Shown here: positions 41,560-51,073 of the stretch, piece by piece
How positions within the stretch are numbered: the stretch's first letter is position 1
How the letters are laid out: the number at the start of each line of letters is the position of its first letter
Assembly (NCBI GenBank): GCA_048625195.1
Contig: JBMCRE010000006.1
Coordinates: 1-54,750 of the forward strand
Length of the DNA stretch: 54,750 bases
Reading direction: 5' to 3'
Source of the DNA: Nanobdellota archaeon
Lineage (GTDB): Archaea > Nanobdellota > Nanobdellia > Woesearchaeales > UBA583
Made by a program: the position numbers and the translations under genes
The notes under the pieces: generated by a model
What the model was told of the DNA's origin: nothing
The model's database searches: none
Seen by the model: the letters and a program-made list of their open reading frames with translations, nothing else

Positions 41560-41904
41560 TTAATTATTAAAAGAACAAACAAAAACGCATTGTTTTGTAC
41601 ACATTTGAGCATCTGGATCATGTCTACAAGCTGAAGCACAACTGTTATAATTACCACCTAATTCTAAACAAATATTTTCACTAATTCCTTCACATTCTTG
41701 AAAGTCTTCTATCCATTTTCCATTATTATTTTCACATGCTAATTTTAAATCTTGATTATTTTCATTATTATCAGAGTTATCATCAGTTTGATTATTATTA
41801 TCAATATTACTATTATTGTTATTATCTAAATTTAAATCTTGACTACAACCTACAAATATTATTAAAGAACTTATTAATAATAATGTTATAATTTTTTTTA
41901 CCAT
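41560..41904 (-). CDS. lipoprotein with Cys-rich C-terminal domain
   Basis: Lipobox-like FVGC, Asn-rich linker, 8-Cys domain (CASACRH..CTKQCVFVC). Confidence 0.75.
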   Translation of the reverse strand: MVKKIITLLLISSLIIFVGCSQDLNLDNNNNSNIDNNNQTDDNSDNNENNQDLKLACENNNGKWIEDFQECEGISENICLELGGNYNSCASACRHDPDAQMCTKQCVFVCSFNN

Positions 41905-41983
41905 TGTAATTATTATTAAATCATTGTTTATTTATAAAAATATTTTTAATTTCCAATGAAGTTGAAGTTATTGAAAAGGGATG

Positions 41984-42132
41984 AAGAGCTCAAGAGACTA
42001 AGAGCTTAAGAGCTCAAGAGCCAAAGAGACAGTGGGCACTTTTAGCACTTTAGCACTTCAGCACTTAGGCACTTCACCACTTAGGCACTTAGGCACTTAG
42101 GCACTTAGGCACTTAGGCACTTCAGCACTTAG
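41984..42132. repeat. bipartite 8-bp tandem repeat: AAGAGNNN x6 then GCACTTAG/GCACTTCA x12
   Basis: 41984-42031 and 42036-42132; last unit supplies the stop codon of the DUF1653 gene. Confidence 0.95.
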
Positions 42133-42362
42133 GCTATAAATTCAAATCTTTGAACTTCTTTACCATCAATTTTTTTCTTAGATAAAAACATAGAAAGTGG
42201 TCTTGCCCATAAAGATTGGTTTCCAAATTGTTTAGATTCATACAAAGCTTTGTATATAACTAATTTTTCAAGTGTCTCACTATGCCTTGCAACACCAATA
42301 ACTTCATAATGATTTCCTTTATAATGCTTATATTTTCCCAATCTAATTTCTTGATTTTCCAT
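42129..42362 (-). CDS. DUF1653 domain protein
   Basis: GKYKHYKGNHYEVIGVARHSETLEKLVIYKALY..WARPLSMF..RF. Confidence 0.92.
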   Translation of the reverse strand: MENQEIRLGKYKHYKGNHYEVIGVARHSETLEKLVIYKALYESKQFGNQSLWARPLSMFLSKKKIDGKEVQRFEFIA

Positions 42363-42537
42363 AATAATATAAAATATATTTTGAATATATATAAACTTTT
42401 AGATTTTATTTTTTAATGATGATAAGATATTTTATTTTACCGATTATTAATATTAATTAATATAAAATTCGTAAAAAATTATTGAAATTTGAAATTTAAG
42501 TCATTTTAAAACATAAGAAAACTTATTGTAAAAAAAA

Positions 42538-43401
42538 TTATTTTTTTAAAATGTTATTTTTAGGAGCATTACAAAACATATCGTAACAACATCCAACACC
42601 TTTATCTTTCATATTTTTAGATTTATCTATCATTGCTCTTTGAAATTTTATTCCTGCAAATCTGTTTATATGTCTAAATGTTTCTTCTTTTGAAACACCT
42701 TTTTCTTCTAATAATTTAAAATAAGCATTAAAGTTTGCATCTTCATAAGGGCCTCTACATCCAACACATCCATAACCTTCCATAGGACACATAACAGAAC
42801 AATTTCCAAATGTAATAGGTCCTAAACATTCTTTTCCTTCTTCCAATAAACAACCTCTTTCTCTTAAATTACATTCGTAACATATGGGTTTTTGGTAAAT
42901 TTTAAATTCTTTTCCTAAAAGTTCTGATTTAATAAATTGTAAAAATTCTATTTTATCCATAGGACATCCTCGAATGTAACCATCTACTGTTACAAATTCA
43001 TCAATTGGTTTTGGGTCTAAACTTTTTAATTCTTTTAATTCATCAGAATTATAAACTGTTAATTCAATATTTTTATTGTTTATAAAGTTTTTAATTGCAG
43101 GAACACATCCATCTGTTGCACATGAACCAATTGCAATTAATTTGTTTGTTTTATTTCTATAATTTTTTAATTCTTCTAAATCTTTTTCATTGACGACTAC
43201 TCCTTCTAAAAATATAATATCAAAATCATTATCCATAATATTTTTTTCGTTTGTAACTGGAAATGCTTTTAAATCAATTGCTCCTAATATATCAAATAAT
43301 TCTTTTTGATATATAATATTTAAATGACATCCCATACAACCTGTTATACCAAAAATACCTACTTTTAATTTTTTTTCTGGAACTCTTTGTGGTAGTGTCA
43401 T
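42538..43401 (-). CDS. group 3b [NiFe] hydrogenase small (delta) subunit
   Basis: TGCMGC, FLEG, AIGSCATDG, GCP, ICYEC, CLGPIT, CVGCRG; probable start ATG 43401. Confidence 0.88.
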   Translation of the reverse strand: MTLPQRVPEKKLKVGIFGITGCMGCHLNIIYQKELFDILGAIDLKAFPVTNEKNIMDNDFDIIFLEGVVVNEKDLEELKNYRNKTNKLIAIGSCATDGCVPAIKNFINNKNIELTVYNSDELKELKSLDPKPIDEFVTVDGYIRGCPMDKIEFLQFIKSELLGKEFKIYQKPICYECNLRERGCLLEEGKECLGPITFGNCSVMCPMEGYGCVGCRGPYEDANFNAYFKLLEEKGVSKEETFRHINRFAGIKFQRAMIDKSKNMKDKGVGCCYDMFCNAPKNNILKK

Positions 43402-43402
43402 T

Positions 43403-44254
43403 TTAATCAGTATACTCCTCCATTTCATCATATCTAAAGACTGGTCCATCTGTACAACAATATTTATCATTAATCATACAATGTCCACATCTACCTACTC
43501 CGCATTTCATATGTCTCTCTTCACTAAAAAATATTTGATCTTTATTAAATCCATTTTCTAATAATTTTTGACATGTCATTTTAATCATAATGGGTGGACC
43601 ACAGACTATTACTATTTTATTTTCATTAGATTTTATTGATGTACTATCATTTAATAAATCAGTTACAAAACCTTTTTGATATGGTTGTGTATTTTCATCT
43701 TCACTTAATGCAATATTTAAATTCATTGATTTATCTGTCCATTCTTTAAAATCTTTTTGAAATAAAATATCTTCTTTTGTTCTAAATCCAAAAAAAATAT
43801 CTACATTATAAAATTTTCCTCTATTATTTTTAATATATTCTATAACACCTCTAACTGGAGCAGTTCCACAACCTCCACCAATAATAATGATGTTGTTATC
43901 GTAAAAATGTTGCATATTATATCCATTACCATATGGACCTCTAATCCCTAAAACTTCACCTTTTTTTAAACCACATATATGTGAAGATACATTTCCTACT
44001 GCTCTTACTGAAATTTCAAAGTATTTATCATTATAAGAGCAAATAGAAATTGGTGCTTCACCTATACCTAAAATGCTTGCTTGTATAAATTGTGCAGGAT
44101 TATGTTCGATTGGAACATTAAATCTTAACAAATATTCATCTGAAGTTTGTTTTGTTATTTCGTCTACTTTATAAAATTTTACATCATTTTCACTTAATAA
44201 TATATTCTTTGATAAACTTTTCTTTTCATCTATTAAAAAATTTATATCACTCAT
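43403..44254 (-). CDS. sulfhydrogenase gamma subunit (FAD/NAD(P)-binding, 2Fe-2S)
   Basis: GEAPISI, RGPYGNG, GGGCGTAP, CGPPIM, MKCGVGRCGHC..CTDGP; ATGA overlap with beta gene. Confidence 0.9.
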   Translation of the reverse strand: MSDINFLIDEKKSLSKNILLSENDVKFYKVDEITKQTSDEYLLRFNVPIEHNPAQFIQASILGIGEAPISICSYNDKYFEISVRAVGNVSSHICGLKKGEVLGIRGPYGNGYNMQHFYDNNIIIIGGGCGTAPVRGVIEYIKNNRGKFYNVDIFFGFRTKEDILFQKDFKEWTDKSMNLNIALSEDENTQPYQKGFVTDLLNDSTSIKSNENKIVIVCGPPIMIKMTCQKLLENGFNKDQIFFSEERHMKCGVGRCGHCMINDKYCCTDGPVFRYDEMEEYTD

Positions 44255-45234
44255 TTTGTTTCTACCTCTAATTTGTTTATTAGTTCTATCCAATCAATTT
44301 TTGTAGGACATCCTCTAATACATCTACCACATCCTGTACACATTACCATATTAGTTTTCTTCTTGAAATAATCAAGTTTATGATAAAATCTATGTTTAAA
44401 TCTTTTTAATCTTTCATCTCTAAAAACATTGTTTCCAGCAACTAATGTAAAATCTCTATACATACATGAATCCCATTTTGAAATTCTTTTTCCAGACACT
44501 AAATCTAAATTAACTTCATCTTCAATATCAAAACATAAACAAGTAGGACATAAACTTGTACAATTTCCACAACTTAAACATTTTGTTGCTCCTTTTTGCC
44601 AGATATCATCTCTATTGAAATATTTTGCAATATCTATAGTTAATAATTTGTTTTTGCATCTTGGAATTTGAGGAGAGTAGTTTGTATCAGTGTCTAATTT
44701 CATATTATTTACTATTTCTAAACCTTTAAGAGATCCGGTTTTTATATGAAAATATTTTCCTCTATCAAATAAACATAAATCATAATAATTTTCTAAATTC
44801 AAACTATCACAAAAACAATATTCATCAATAGGTTTGTCACACCATAATCCTATTAATAATAAATTTTTTCTTCTTTGTTCATAATTTTCATGTTTTGGGT
44901 TTTGTTTTAAAAATAAAACATCATTTATTCTAAATGAATTTAAATCACATAATCTTAATCCAAATAATACTTTTTTTTCATTATCTTGTGATTTGATTAT
45001 TTGATTATTATTAAATTCAAATAAAATATCTTTTTGTTTTAAAACATGCTTTTTTGCACTATACCAACTAAGACCTTCAAATGTAATATCTTTAGGATTA
45101 TTAAATTCTTCAAGATGAATCCAATTATTTTTATTGGTAGGCGCATAAACTTTTCCAAATTCTTCTAAGTATTTGAGAAATTTATTGATTTTTTTTTTGG
45201 GTAATTTATATCCATTTATATTTTCAAAAGACAT
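44251..45234 (-). CDS. sulfhydrogenase beta subunit (AsrA-like 4Fe-4S protein)
   Basis: GLRLCD, CFC, CLSCGNCTSLCPTCLCF, WDSC, CTGCGRCIRGCP. Confidence 0.9.
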   Translation of the reverse strand: MSFENINGYKLPKKKINKFLKYLEEFGKVYAPTNKNNWIHLEEFNNPKDITFEGLSWYSAKKHVLKQKDILFEFNNNQIIKSQDNEKKVLFGLRLCDLNSFRINDVLFLKQNPKHENYEQRRKNLLLIGLWCDKPIDEYCFCDSLNLENYYDLCLFDRGKYFHIKTGSLKGLEIVNNMKLDTDTNYSPQIPRCKNKLLTIDIAKYFNRDDIWQKGATKCLSCGNCTSLCPTCLCFDIEDEVNLDLVSGKRISKWDSCMYRDFTLVAGNNVFRDERLKRFKHRFYHKLDYFKKKTNMVMCTGCGRCIRGCPTKIDWIELINKLEVETK

Positions 45235-45491
45235 TTTAATAATATATATTTTATTGCATATAAAAGAATTGATTAGTATTAAAAAGGAGTGAAGTTTTAA
45301 TTAGTTTTTTAAAATGTGTTAAATGAGATTATTCAAAAGATATAAAAAATATAAATTAAAAAAATAAAGCACTTACTTACCAGTAACATTGAATTGTGAA
45401 AAAAATATGTTTTATTTATACTATTTTTAAATTTAATTTAAAATTTTTATAGGAACTTTTTTATAATTAAAATGAGTCAAATATTTGCAAA

Positions 45492-45740
45492 ATGGATAGT
45501 AAAAATTTAACAGAAAAAAAAGAACAACCAACTTTTAAAGTTAAAGTAGCAAATATTGACCTTGCAGTTTGGAGCAATGAAAATGATTCAGGAAATCAAT
45601 ATTTTAGTGTATCATATAATAAAAATTATCTTGATAAAAATAAAGAATGGCAAAAAACTAATCATTTACTTGTAAATGATATTCCTAATCTTCAAGTTGC
45701 ACTACAAAAAGCATATGAAGGAATTAAAGTTAAAAATTAA
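45492..45740 (+). CDS. small PC4/whirly-like putative ssDNA-binding protein
   Basis: LAVWSN..SVSYNKNYLDKNKEWQKT..DIPNL..ALQKAY beta-beta-beta-helix pattern; fold is inference. Confidence 0.55.
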   Translation: MDSKNLTEKKEQPTFKVKVANIDLAVWSNENDSGNQYFSVSYNKNYLDKNKEWQKTNHLLVNDIPNLQVALQKAYEGIKVKN

Positions 45741-45793
45741 TTTTATAACAAATATGTGCTTATTTTTATAAATCATATTTTATTTTTTATTTT

Positions 45794-46921
45794 ATGCATT
45801 ATTATTTATGTTTAACTTCAGTTTGTAATTTGAATTGTAGATATTGTCAAGGAAAGTCTGTTGAAGATTTTATGAGTTATGATGAGAGTTTAAATTATGA
45901 ATTTGATATTCCAAATGTAAGTAAAATAAAAATAGATGATTTAATTAATTTTTCAAAAGATGATGATAATTTTGTTTTGACTTTTTATGGTGGTGAACCT
46001 TTATTAGAGATTAATAAAATAAAAGAAATTATTAATAGAGTTCCTGCAAAGGATTTTATGATGCAAACAAATGCTCAAGATTTAAATAAATTATCTATTA
46101 ACTATTTAAATAAGATTTCTACTATTTTAGTTTCAATAGATGGCACAAAAAAACATACTAATTTTCAAAGAGGAAATAAAGTGTATGAAAATATAATTTC
46201 TAATGTAAAAAAGGTTTCTAAGGATGGATATAAAGGTGAAATTATTGCAAGGATGACTGTTGATGAAAAATCTAATATTTATAAAAATGTTACCCATTTA
46301 TATGATAATTTAGATTATTCTTTTTCTTCTATTCATTGGCAAATAGATGCTCAATTTTTTCAAGAAGATTATAAAGCAAGAAATTTTAAATATTGGTTAG
46401 ATAATGATTATAAACCTAATTTAAAGAAACTTATTTTTTGGTGGTTAGAGATAATTAAAAATACTAAAAAAGTTCCTAGAATTTATCCGTTTGTAGGAAT
46501 TGTTTATTCACTTTTAACACAAGAAAAGTCATTGATGAGATGCGGAGCGGGGCATAGTTGTTTAGGTATACAAACTAATGGAAAAATTGTTGCATGTCCA
46601 ATTTCTGCTGGTTATAAACCACTTTATATGGGAGATGTTTATAATTCTACTTTATTGGATGTTAAAAAAAATAAAATGTTTGTTAATAAACAATGTTTAA
46701 AATGTTCAATTTTAGATATTTGTGGTGGAAGATGTTTGTATGCAAATAAAACTCAACTTTGGGGAGAAAAAGGTTATAATGAAGTTTGTGAGAGTATTTT
46801 TTATTTAGTTGACAATTTAAAGTCTATTATTTCTGAAATAGATAAGATGATTCAAAAAAAAGAAATAGAAATAGAGGATTTTAATTATCCAAGATATAAT
46901 GGATGTGAAATTATTCCTTAA
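45794..46921 (+). CDS. radical SAM/SPASM protein, AF0577 (TIGR04084)-like
   Basis: CNLNCRYC, FYGGEP, RCGAG, ACP, CLKC....CGGRC, terminal NGCEIIP. Confidence 0.88.
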   Translation: MHYYLCLTSVCNLNCRYCQGKSVEDFMSYDESLNYEFDIPNVSKIKIDDLINFSKDDDNFVLTFYGGEPLLEINKIKEIINRVPAKDFMMQTNAQDLNKLSINYLNKISTILVSIDGTKKHTNFQRGNKVYENIISNVKKVSKDGYKGEIIARMTVDEKSNIYKNVTHLYDNLDYSFSSIHWQIDAQFFQEDYKARNFKYWLDNDYKPNLKKLIFWWLEIIKNTKKVPRIYPFVGIVYSLLTQEKSLMRCGAGHSCLGIQTNGKIVACPISAGYKPLYMGDVYNSTLLDVKKNKMFVNKQCLKCSILDICGGRCLYANKTQLWGEKGYNEVCESIFYLVDNLKSIISEIDKMIQKKEIEIEDFNYPRYNGCEIIP

Positions 46922-46977
46922 AGATTTTAATTTGAAATTTTTTAAAGAAAATAAAAAGATAATATACTTATATTAAA

Positions 46978-47928
46978 TTATTCTTTTTGTAATAATATTT
47001 GAGATTTTGTTTTTGAATTACTAAATATTGAATTAATTCCTAAAATTTCTGTGAAAGATTGTTGTGGTGCATAATCAACAGCAATTGCATTTAGTGATTG
47101 GACTTCTTCTTTTATATCTGAGAGTATATCTGGATAGTAACCTATTTCATCTATAAATCCTATTTCTTTTGCTTGAGTTCCTAAAAAAATTTCTCCTGTT
47201 GAATAATTTAAAACTTTGTCATAAGTCATATTTCTATTCTTGGCAATATGTGTTATAAAATTTTGATGTATTTCTTTTAATAAATTATCAATTATTTTTT
47301 CTTCTTTAAGTGTTGGTTCTCTAAAAGCTGACCCCATATCTTTGTGCTCTCCTGCTGTATATCTTCTATAAGTGATATTATATTCTTCAATTAAATCTTC
47401 AAAGCCAAATCCTACTGAAGTAACTCCTATACTACCAAGTGTTGACATTGAAGATGAATATATTTTATCTGAACTTACTGCAATCCAAAATGCACCTGAT
47501 GCACCAATATCATTTATTAATGCATAAACTGGTTTTACTTGTTTTAATTCGTCTATTGCTTGTGAAATTTCATCTGATGCAACTGCACTTCCACCTGGAG
47601 AGTTTATATCTAAAATTACTCCTTTAACACTATTATCATCTTTTAAATCTCTTAATATATCAGCAATCTCTCTTGATGATATAGAAGTTTGTGTTAATGT
47701 AGATGTTTTTTGTGTCATTATAGCACCTTGTATTGGAACTACTCCTATTTTTGGAGTTAGTAAATATGTTATAGAAGAGATTATACTACTTATTATAAAT
47801 ACTATTAACAATAAAATTATTATTGACTTTAAATTTAATCTTGATCTTCTTTTTTTATAATAAATCGCTTTTGGTGGTTGTTTACCATTTTTATCATTTT
47901 CGTCTTGAAGTTTTACATAGTCTACCAT
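46978..47928 (-). CDS. sppA: signal peptide peptidase SppA (S49)
   Basis: DINSPGGS, GASGAFW, GSIGV, AGEHKD, GFIDEIG. Confidence 0.93.
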   Translation of the reverse strand: MVDYVKLQDENDKNGKQPPKAIYYKKRRSRLNLKSIIILLLIVFIISSIISSITYLLTPKIGVVPIQGAIMTQKTSTLTQTSISSREIADILRDLKDDNSVKGVILDINSPGGSAVASDEISQAIDELKQVKPVYALINDIGASGAFWIAVSSDKIYSSSMSTLGSIGVTSVGFGFEDLIEEYNITYRRYTAGEHKDMGSAFREPTLKEEKIIDNLLKEIHQNFITHIAKNRNMTYDKVLNYSTGEIFLGTQAKEIGFIDEIGYYPDILSDIKEEVQSLNAIAVDYAPQQSFTEILGINSIFSNSKTKSQILLQKE

Positions 47929-48192
47929 ATTAATTAAATATTATTTGAAATTTATAAAACTTACCAATTATTTAAAATATTCTCTAGCTTCTTATCTTTT
48001 GATTGAATAATTCAATCAATTTTCACATTATATATTTATTTTCATTTAAGTTTTTTTATTATTTTTTTGTCAATAATCAATTTTTATAATTAATTTAAAA
48101 CTCTATATCTCTAATTTCTATACTGTATTATATAAAAACAGAAATTGTTATTAATGGCAACTTATATAAATTATTATAAATTATAATATGTA

Positions 48193-48843
48193 ATGGTAGA
48201 TGCTGGAATGATAATCTTTTTTAGTCTCTTTATAGGTTTTATAATGTTTATTGTATTTTTAACAAGGTTAGGTTTTAAAAGAGAAGCAGAGCGAACAGAA
48301 GATATTAAAAATTTTGCTATTTCTAGAGGATTAGATTTTTATGAAAAAGAAGATGGTAATTTTGTAAACGTAAAAAAAGATTTTTCTTTATTTATGTATG
48401 GTAGAAGACAAACAGTTAAAAATATTATTATTAAAGATAAATTGTTAATTTTTGATTATTCATACTATATCTCAACTGGTAAAGGTGGTAGTGTTAAATA
48501 TTTTACTGTTGTTGAAAAAAAATTAACAAACGATGTTCCTAATTTTATAATAAAGAAACAAAAAAAAATTCATAGTTTATTAAAGAAGGTAGGATACCAA
48601 GATATTGATTTTAAGGAAAACCCTAATTTTTCTTCTAAATATGTATTGCGTGGTCAAAATGAAAGTATGATTAAAAGTTATTTTAATACACAAAGATTAA
48701 AAGATTTTGAAAATTTACATATAAAAAATAAAATTGAAATTAAAGATAATGTATTAATTTGCTATGTTAAAAGAATTCAATTAAAGAATTATCCTGAGTT
48801 TATTGAAGAAATAAATAAAATTATTAATGCTTTAGAAAAATAA
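48193..48843 (+). CDS. hypothetical membrane-anchored protein
   Basis: N-terminal TM; GYQDIDF..FSSKYVLRG motif. Confidence 0.65.
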   Translation: MVDAGMIIFFSLFIGFIMFIVFLTRLGFKREAERTEDIKNFAISRGLDFYEKEDGNFVNVKKDFSLFMYGRRQTVKNIIIKDKLLIFDYSYYISTGKGGSVKYFTVVEKKLTNDVPNFIIKKQKKIHSLLKKVGYQDIDFKENPNFSSKYVLRGQNESMIKSYFNTQRLKDFENLHIKNKIEIKDNVLICYVKRIQLKNYPEFIEEINKIINALEK

Positions 48844-48994
48844 AATTTATTAAATGAATTTTTATTATTATATGAAAGAATAAATAACTTGTTTTTTTAG
48901 TTATTTTTATAAACGAAGTTGTATTTATTATTTTAATCTCATTAGTTGAGGTTTATGATACCAAATAATTAAAAATTATTTATTAAACATAAAA

Positions 48995-49450
48995 ATGGTA
49001 GAAATCGATGAAAAACAAGGATTTTCAATTATTCAAAAAGCAAAAGAAACCGGTAGTGTAAAAATCGGGGTTAATGAAGTTACAAAATCAATTGAAAGAG
49101 GACAAGCAAAATTAGTTTTTTATGCAAATGATGTTAGTCCAAAAGAAATTGTAGCACATCTTCCTGGAATTTCTAAAGAAATGAATATTATTTGTGTAGA
49201 ATTAGGAAATAAAACTGAATTAGGTTCAACAGTAGATATTAAAGCTACAACTGCTATTGCTATTACTGATGGTGGTACTGCTAAGGCTGAAATTCAAAAA
49301 CTTAATGAAGAAAATAAAAAAAAGTCTAAAGAAACACAAGATTCTAAAAAAGAAGTAAAGAAAGAAAAAGATTCTAAAGAAGGTTCTAAGAAAGAAGTAA
49401 AAGAAGAAAAAGTTTCTAAAGAAGATAAAACTCAGGAGAGTGAAAAATAA
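48995..49450 (+). CDS. rpl7ae: 50S ribosomal protein L7Ae with K/E-rich C-terminal extension
   Basis: KIGVNEVTKSIERGQAKLV..DVSP.EIVAHLP. Confidence 0.95.
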   Translation: MVEIDEKQGFSIIQKAKETGSVKIGVNEVTKSIERGQAKLVFYANDVSPKEIVAHLPGISKEMNIICVELGNKTELGSTVDIKATTAIAITDGGTAKAEIQKLNEENKKKSKETQDSKKEVKKEKDSKEGSKKEVKEEKVSKEDKTQESEK

Positions 49451-49460
49451 TTAGTTGAAA

Positions 49461-49712
49461 ATGGCTAAAGCAAAAAAAGTTACTGTTTCACAAAGTATAC
49501 CGGGCAATGTAGAAAGCGTTGTTGGAAATGCTAGTGCCAAAGGTGGAGTTACTCAAGTTAGAGTTAAAGTTTTAGCAGGTAGAGATGAAGGTAAAATAAT
49601 TACTAGAAATGTAAGAGGACCTGTTAGAGTTGGAGATACCTTAATGATGACAGAAACCGAATATGAAGCTAGAAAAATTTTCAAAAAAAAAGGAGGAAGT
49701 AAGAATGGTTAA
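49461..49712 (+). CDS. rps28e: 30S ribosomal protein S28e
   Basis: GVTQVRVKVLAGRDEGKIITRNVRGPVRVGD..ETEYEAR. Confidence 0.95.
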   Translation: MAKAKKVTVSQSIPGNVESVVGNASAKGGVTQVRVKVLAGRDEGKIITRNVRGPVRVGDTLMMTETEYEARKIFKKKGGSKNG

Positions 49713-49953
49713 TTGTTCATTTTGTGGAAAAGAAGTTAAAAAAGGTTCTGGTAAGATGTTTGTAAGGGATAATGGTCAAATTCTCTATTTTTGTAAATCT
49801 AAATGTGAAAAAAATATGTTAAAATTAAAAAGAGATGCAAGAAAGTTTAAATGGACAAACTTTTATTCAAAAGGAGAATCTGTTCAAGTTGATCCTAAAC
49901 AAACAAAACAAAAACAAATAAAAACAAGAAAGAAAGAAAATGGGAAGAATTAA
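49705..49953 (+). CDS. rpl24e: 50S ribosomal protein L24e
   Basis: CSFCG..GSGKMFVRDNG..FCKSKCEK..KWT; AGGAGG upstream of ATG 49705. Confidence 0.95.
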   Translation: MVNCSFCGKEVKKGSGKMFVRDNGQILYFCKSKCEKNMLKLKRDARKFKWTNFYSKGESVQVDPKQTKQKQIKTRKKENGKN

Positions 49954-50134
49954 AAGTACTTTTGTTAAAACTTCTGCAAAAAAAATTTATAAAAAAGCTC
50001 CACAAGAGTTTTGTGAAAATTTTAACAAAAATAAAGAAATTGTAGAAAATTATGCAAATATACCTTCTAGTAAATTAAAAAATACTATAGTTGGATATAT
50101 TACAAGATTAAAAAAACAAGATAAAGTAGAGTAA
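49940..50134 (+). CDS. rps17e: 30S ribosomal protein S17e
   Basis: MGRIKSTFVK..F..NK..SSKLKNTIVGYITR. Confidence 0.93.
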   Translation: MGRIKSTFVKTSAKKIYKKAPQEFCENFNKNKEIVENYANIPSSKLKNTIVGYITRLKKQDKVE

Positions 50135-50168
50135 TTTTTTATTTCTATACTAAATTATTCATTTTGTA

Positions 50169-50522
50169 ATGAGTGCAAAAAGTTTTAAATTTATTTATTT
50201 TAAATTAAGTATGATAGATTTGTTTCCTTTTACAATAGGTTTTATTATATATTTATTTTTTAATATAATTACATTTAAAGTTTATTCAAAAAAAGAAGAA
50301 ACAATAAATAAGGTAATATTGTTTTTAATATACGTTTATTATACTATTTTAGCTGCATATGTTATTCAATTAGTAGATTATAGTATAATTTATAAAAACT
50401 ATGTTGAAATTATTATTCAAATTGTATTATTTGGTATAGCAGGAGGATTATTCATGATTCATTATTATATTAGTCATCTTAAACCTATGAATGAAAAGTA
50501 TGATACGAAATTTAATTTGTAA
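50169..50522 (+). CDS. hypothetical membrane protein
   Basis: Three hydrophobic segments. Confidence 0.55.
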   Translation: MSAKSFKFIYFKLSMIDLFPFTIGFIIYLFFNIITFKVYSKKEETINKVILFLIYVYYTILAAYVIQLVDYSIIYKNYVEIIIQIVLFGIAGGLFMIHYYISHLKPMNEKYDTKFNL

Positions 50523-51057
50523 AATTGTCATTATTATTTTTTTGTAAAAATTGTTTAATTAATTTACCTTGAATATTATTAATTGAATAATTGTGAGAAT
50601 CTATTTTAAGATTTTTAATCCACTTGATATATTGCTGTTTTTGATTATTATTTAATTTTTTAAAAATCTCAACAGTTATACATTTAAAGTTTACATCACA
50701 ATGTCCCCATCTTAAATCTTTTTTGCTTAAAAATCTAAATTCTGATTTTGGAATTATTTTATTAATTGAAATATGAAGTGGGCATGCATATAGACCATTT
50801 CTAAATTTTACTAAATTAGAACAAATTCCTGATTTCTTAACTTTCCAACTATCTCTACTAAATCTTTCTCTAAAATTGTATAAGTTAAATTTTGTGTGTA
50901 ATATTAATTTCTTAAAATCTTTTGTATTATCTTGAATGTCTTTTATAATATCTTTTTTGTCTGTATAATTTCTTCCACAGCAACCATAACAAGAAAGTTT
51001 TATATCTGGCATTTGACAAATTGCATATTCTTCTATATTTTTATTTTTTAAAGTCAT
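50512..51057 (-). CDS. Cys-rich hypothetical protein (possible Fe-S/Zn binding)
   Basis: C..SCYGCCG..C.NL..ACPLH..CD..FKC. Confidence 0.6.
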   Translation of the reverse strand: MTLKNKNIEEYAICQMPDIKLSCYGCCGRNYTDKKDIIKDIQDNTKDFKKLILHTKFNLYNFRERFSRDSWKVKKSGICSNLVKFRNGLYACPLHISINKIIPKSEFRFLSKKDLRWGHCDVNFKCITVEIFKKLNNNQKQQYIKWIKNLKIDSHNYSINNIQGKLIKQFLQKNNNDNFTN

Positions 51058-51073
51058 AAATCTGTTATGTTAT

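Noticed and set aside
41984-42132. CRISPR array
   Set aside because: 8-bp units with no unique spacers; no cas genes
45492-45740. Precursor peptide for the adjacent radical SAM/SPASM enzyme
   Set aside because: Looks like a folded PC4-like domain, with no leader/core or Cys-rich pattern
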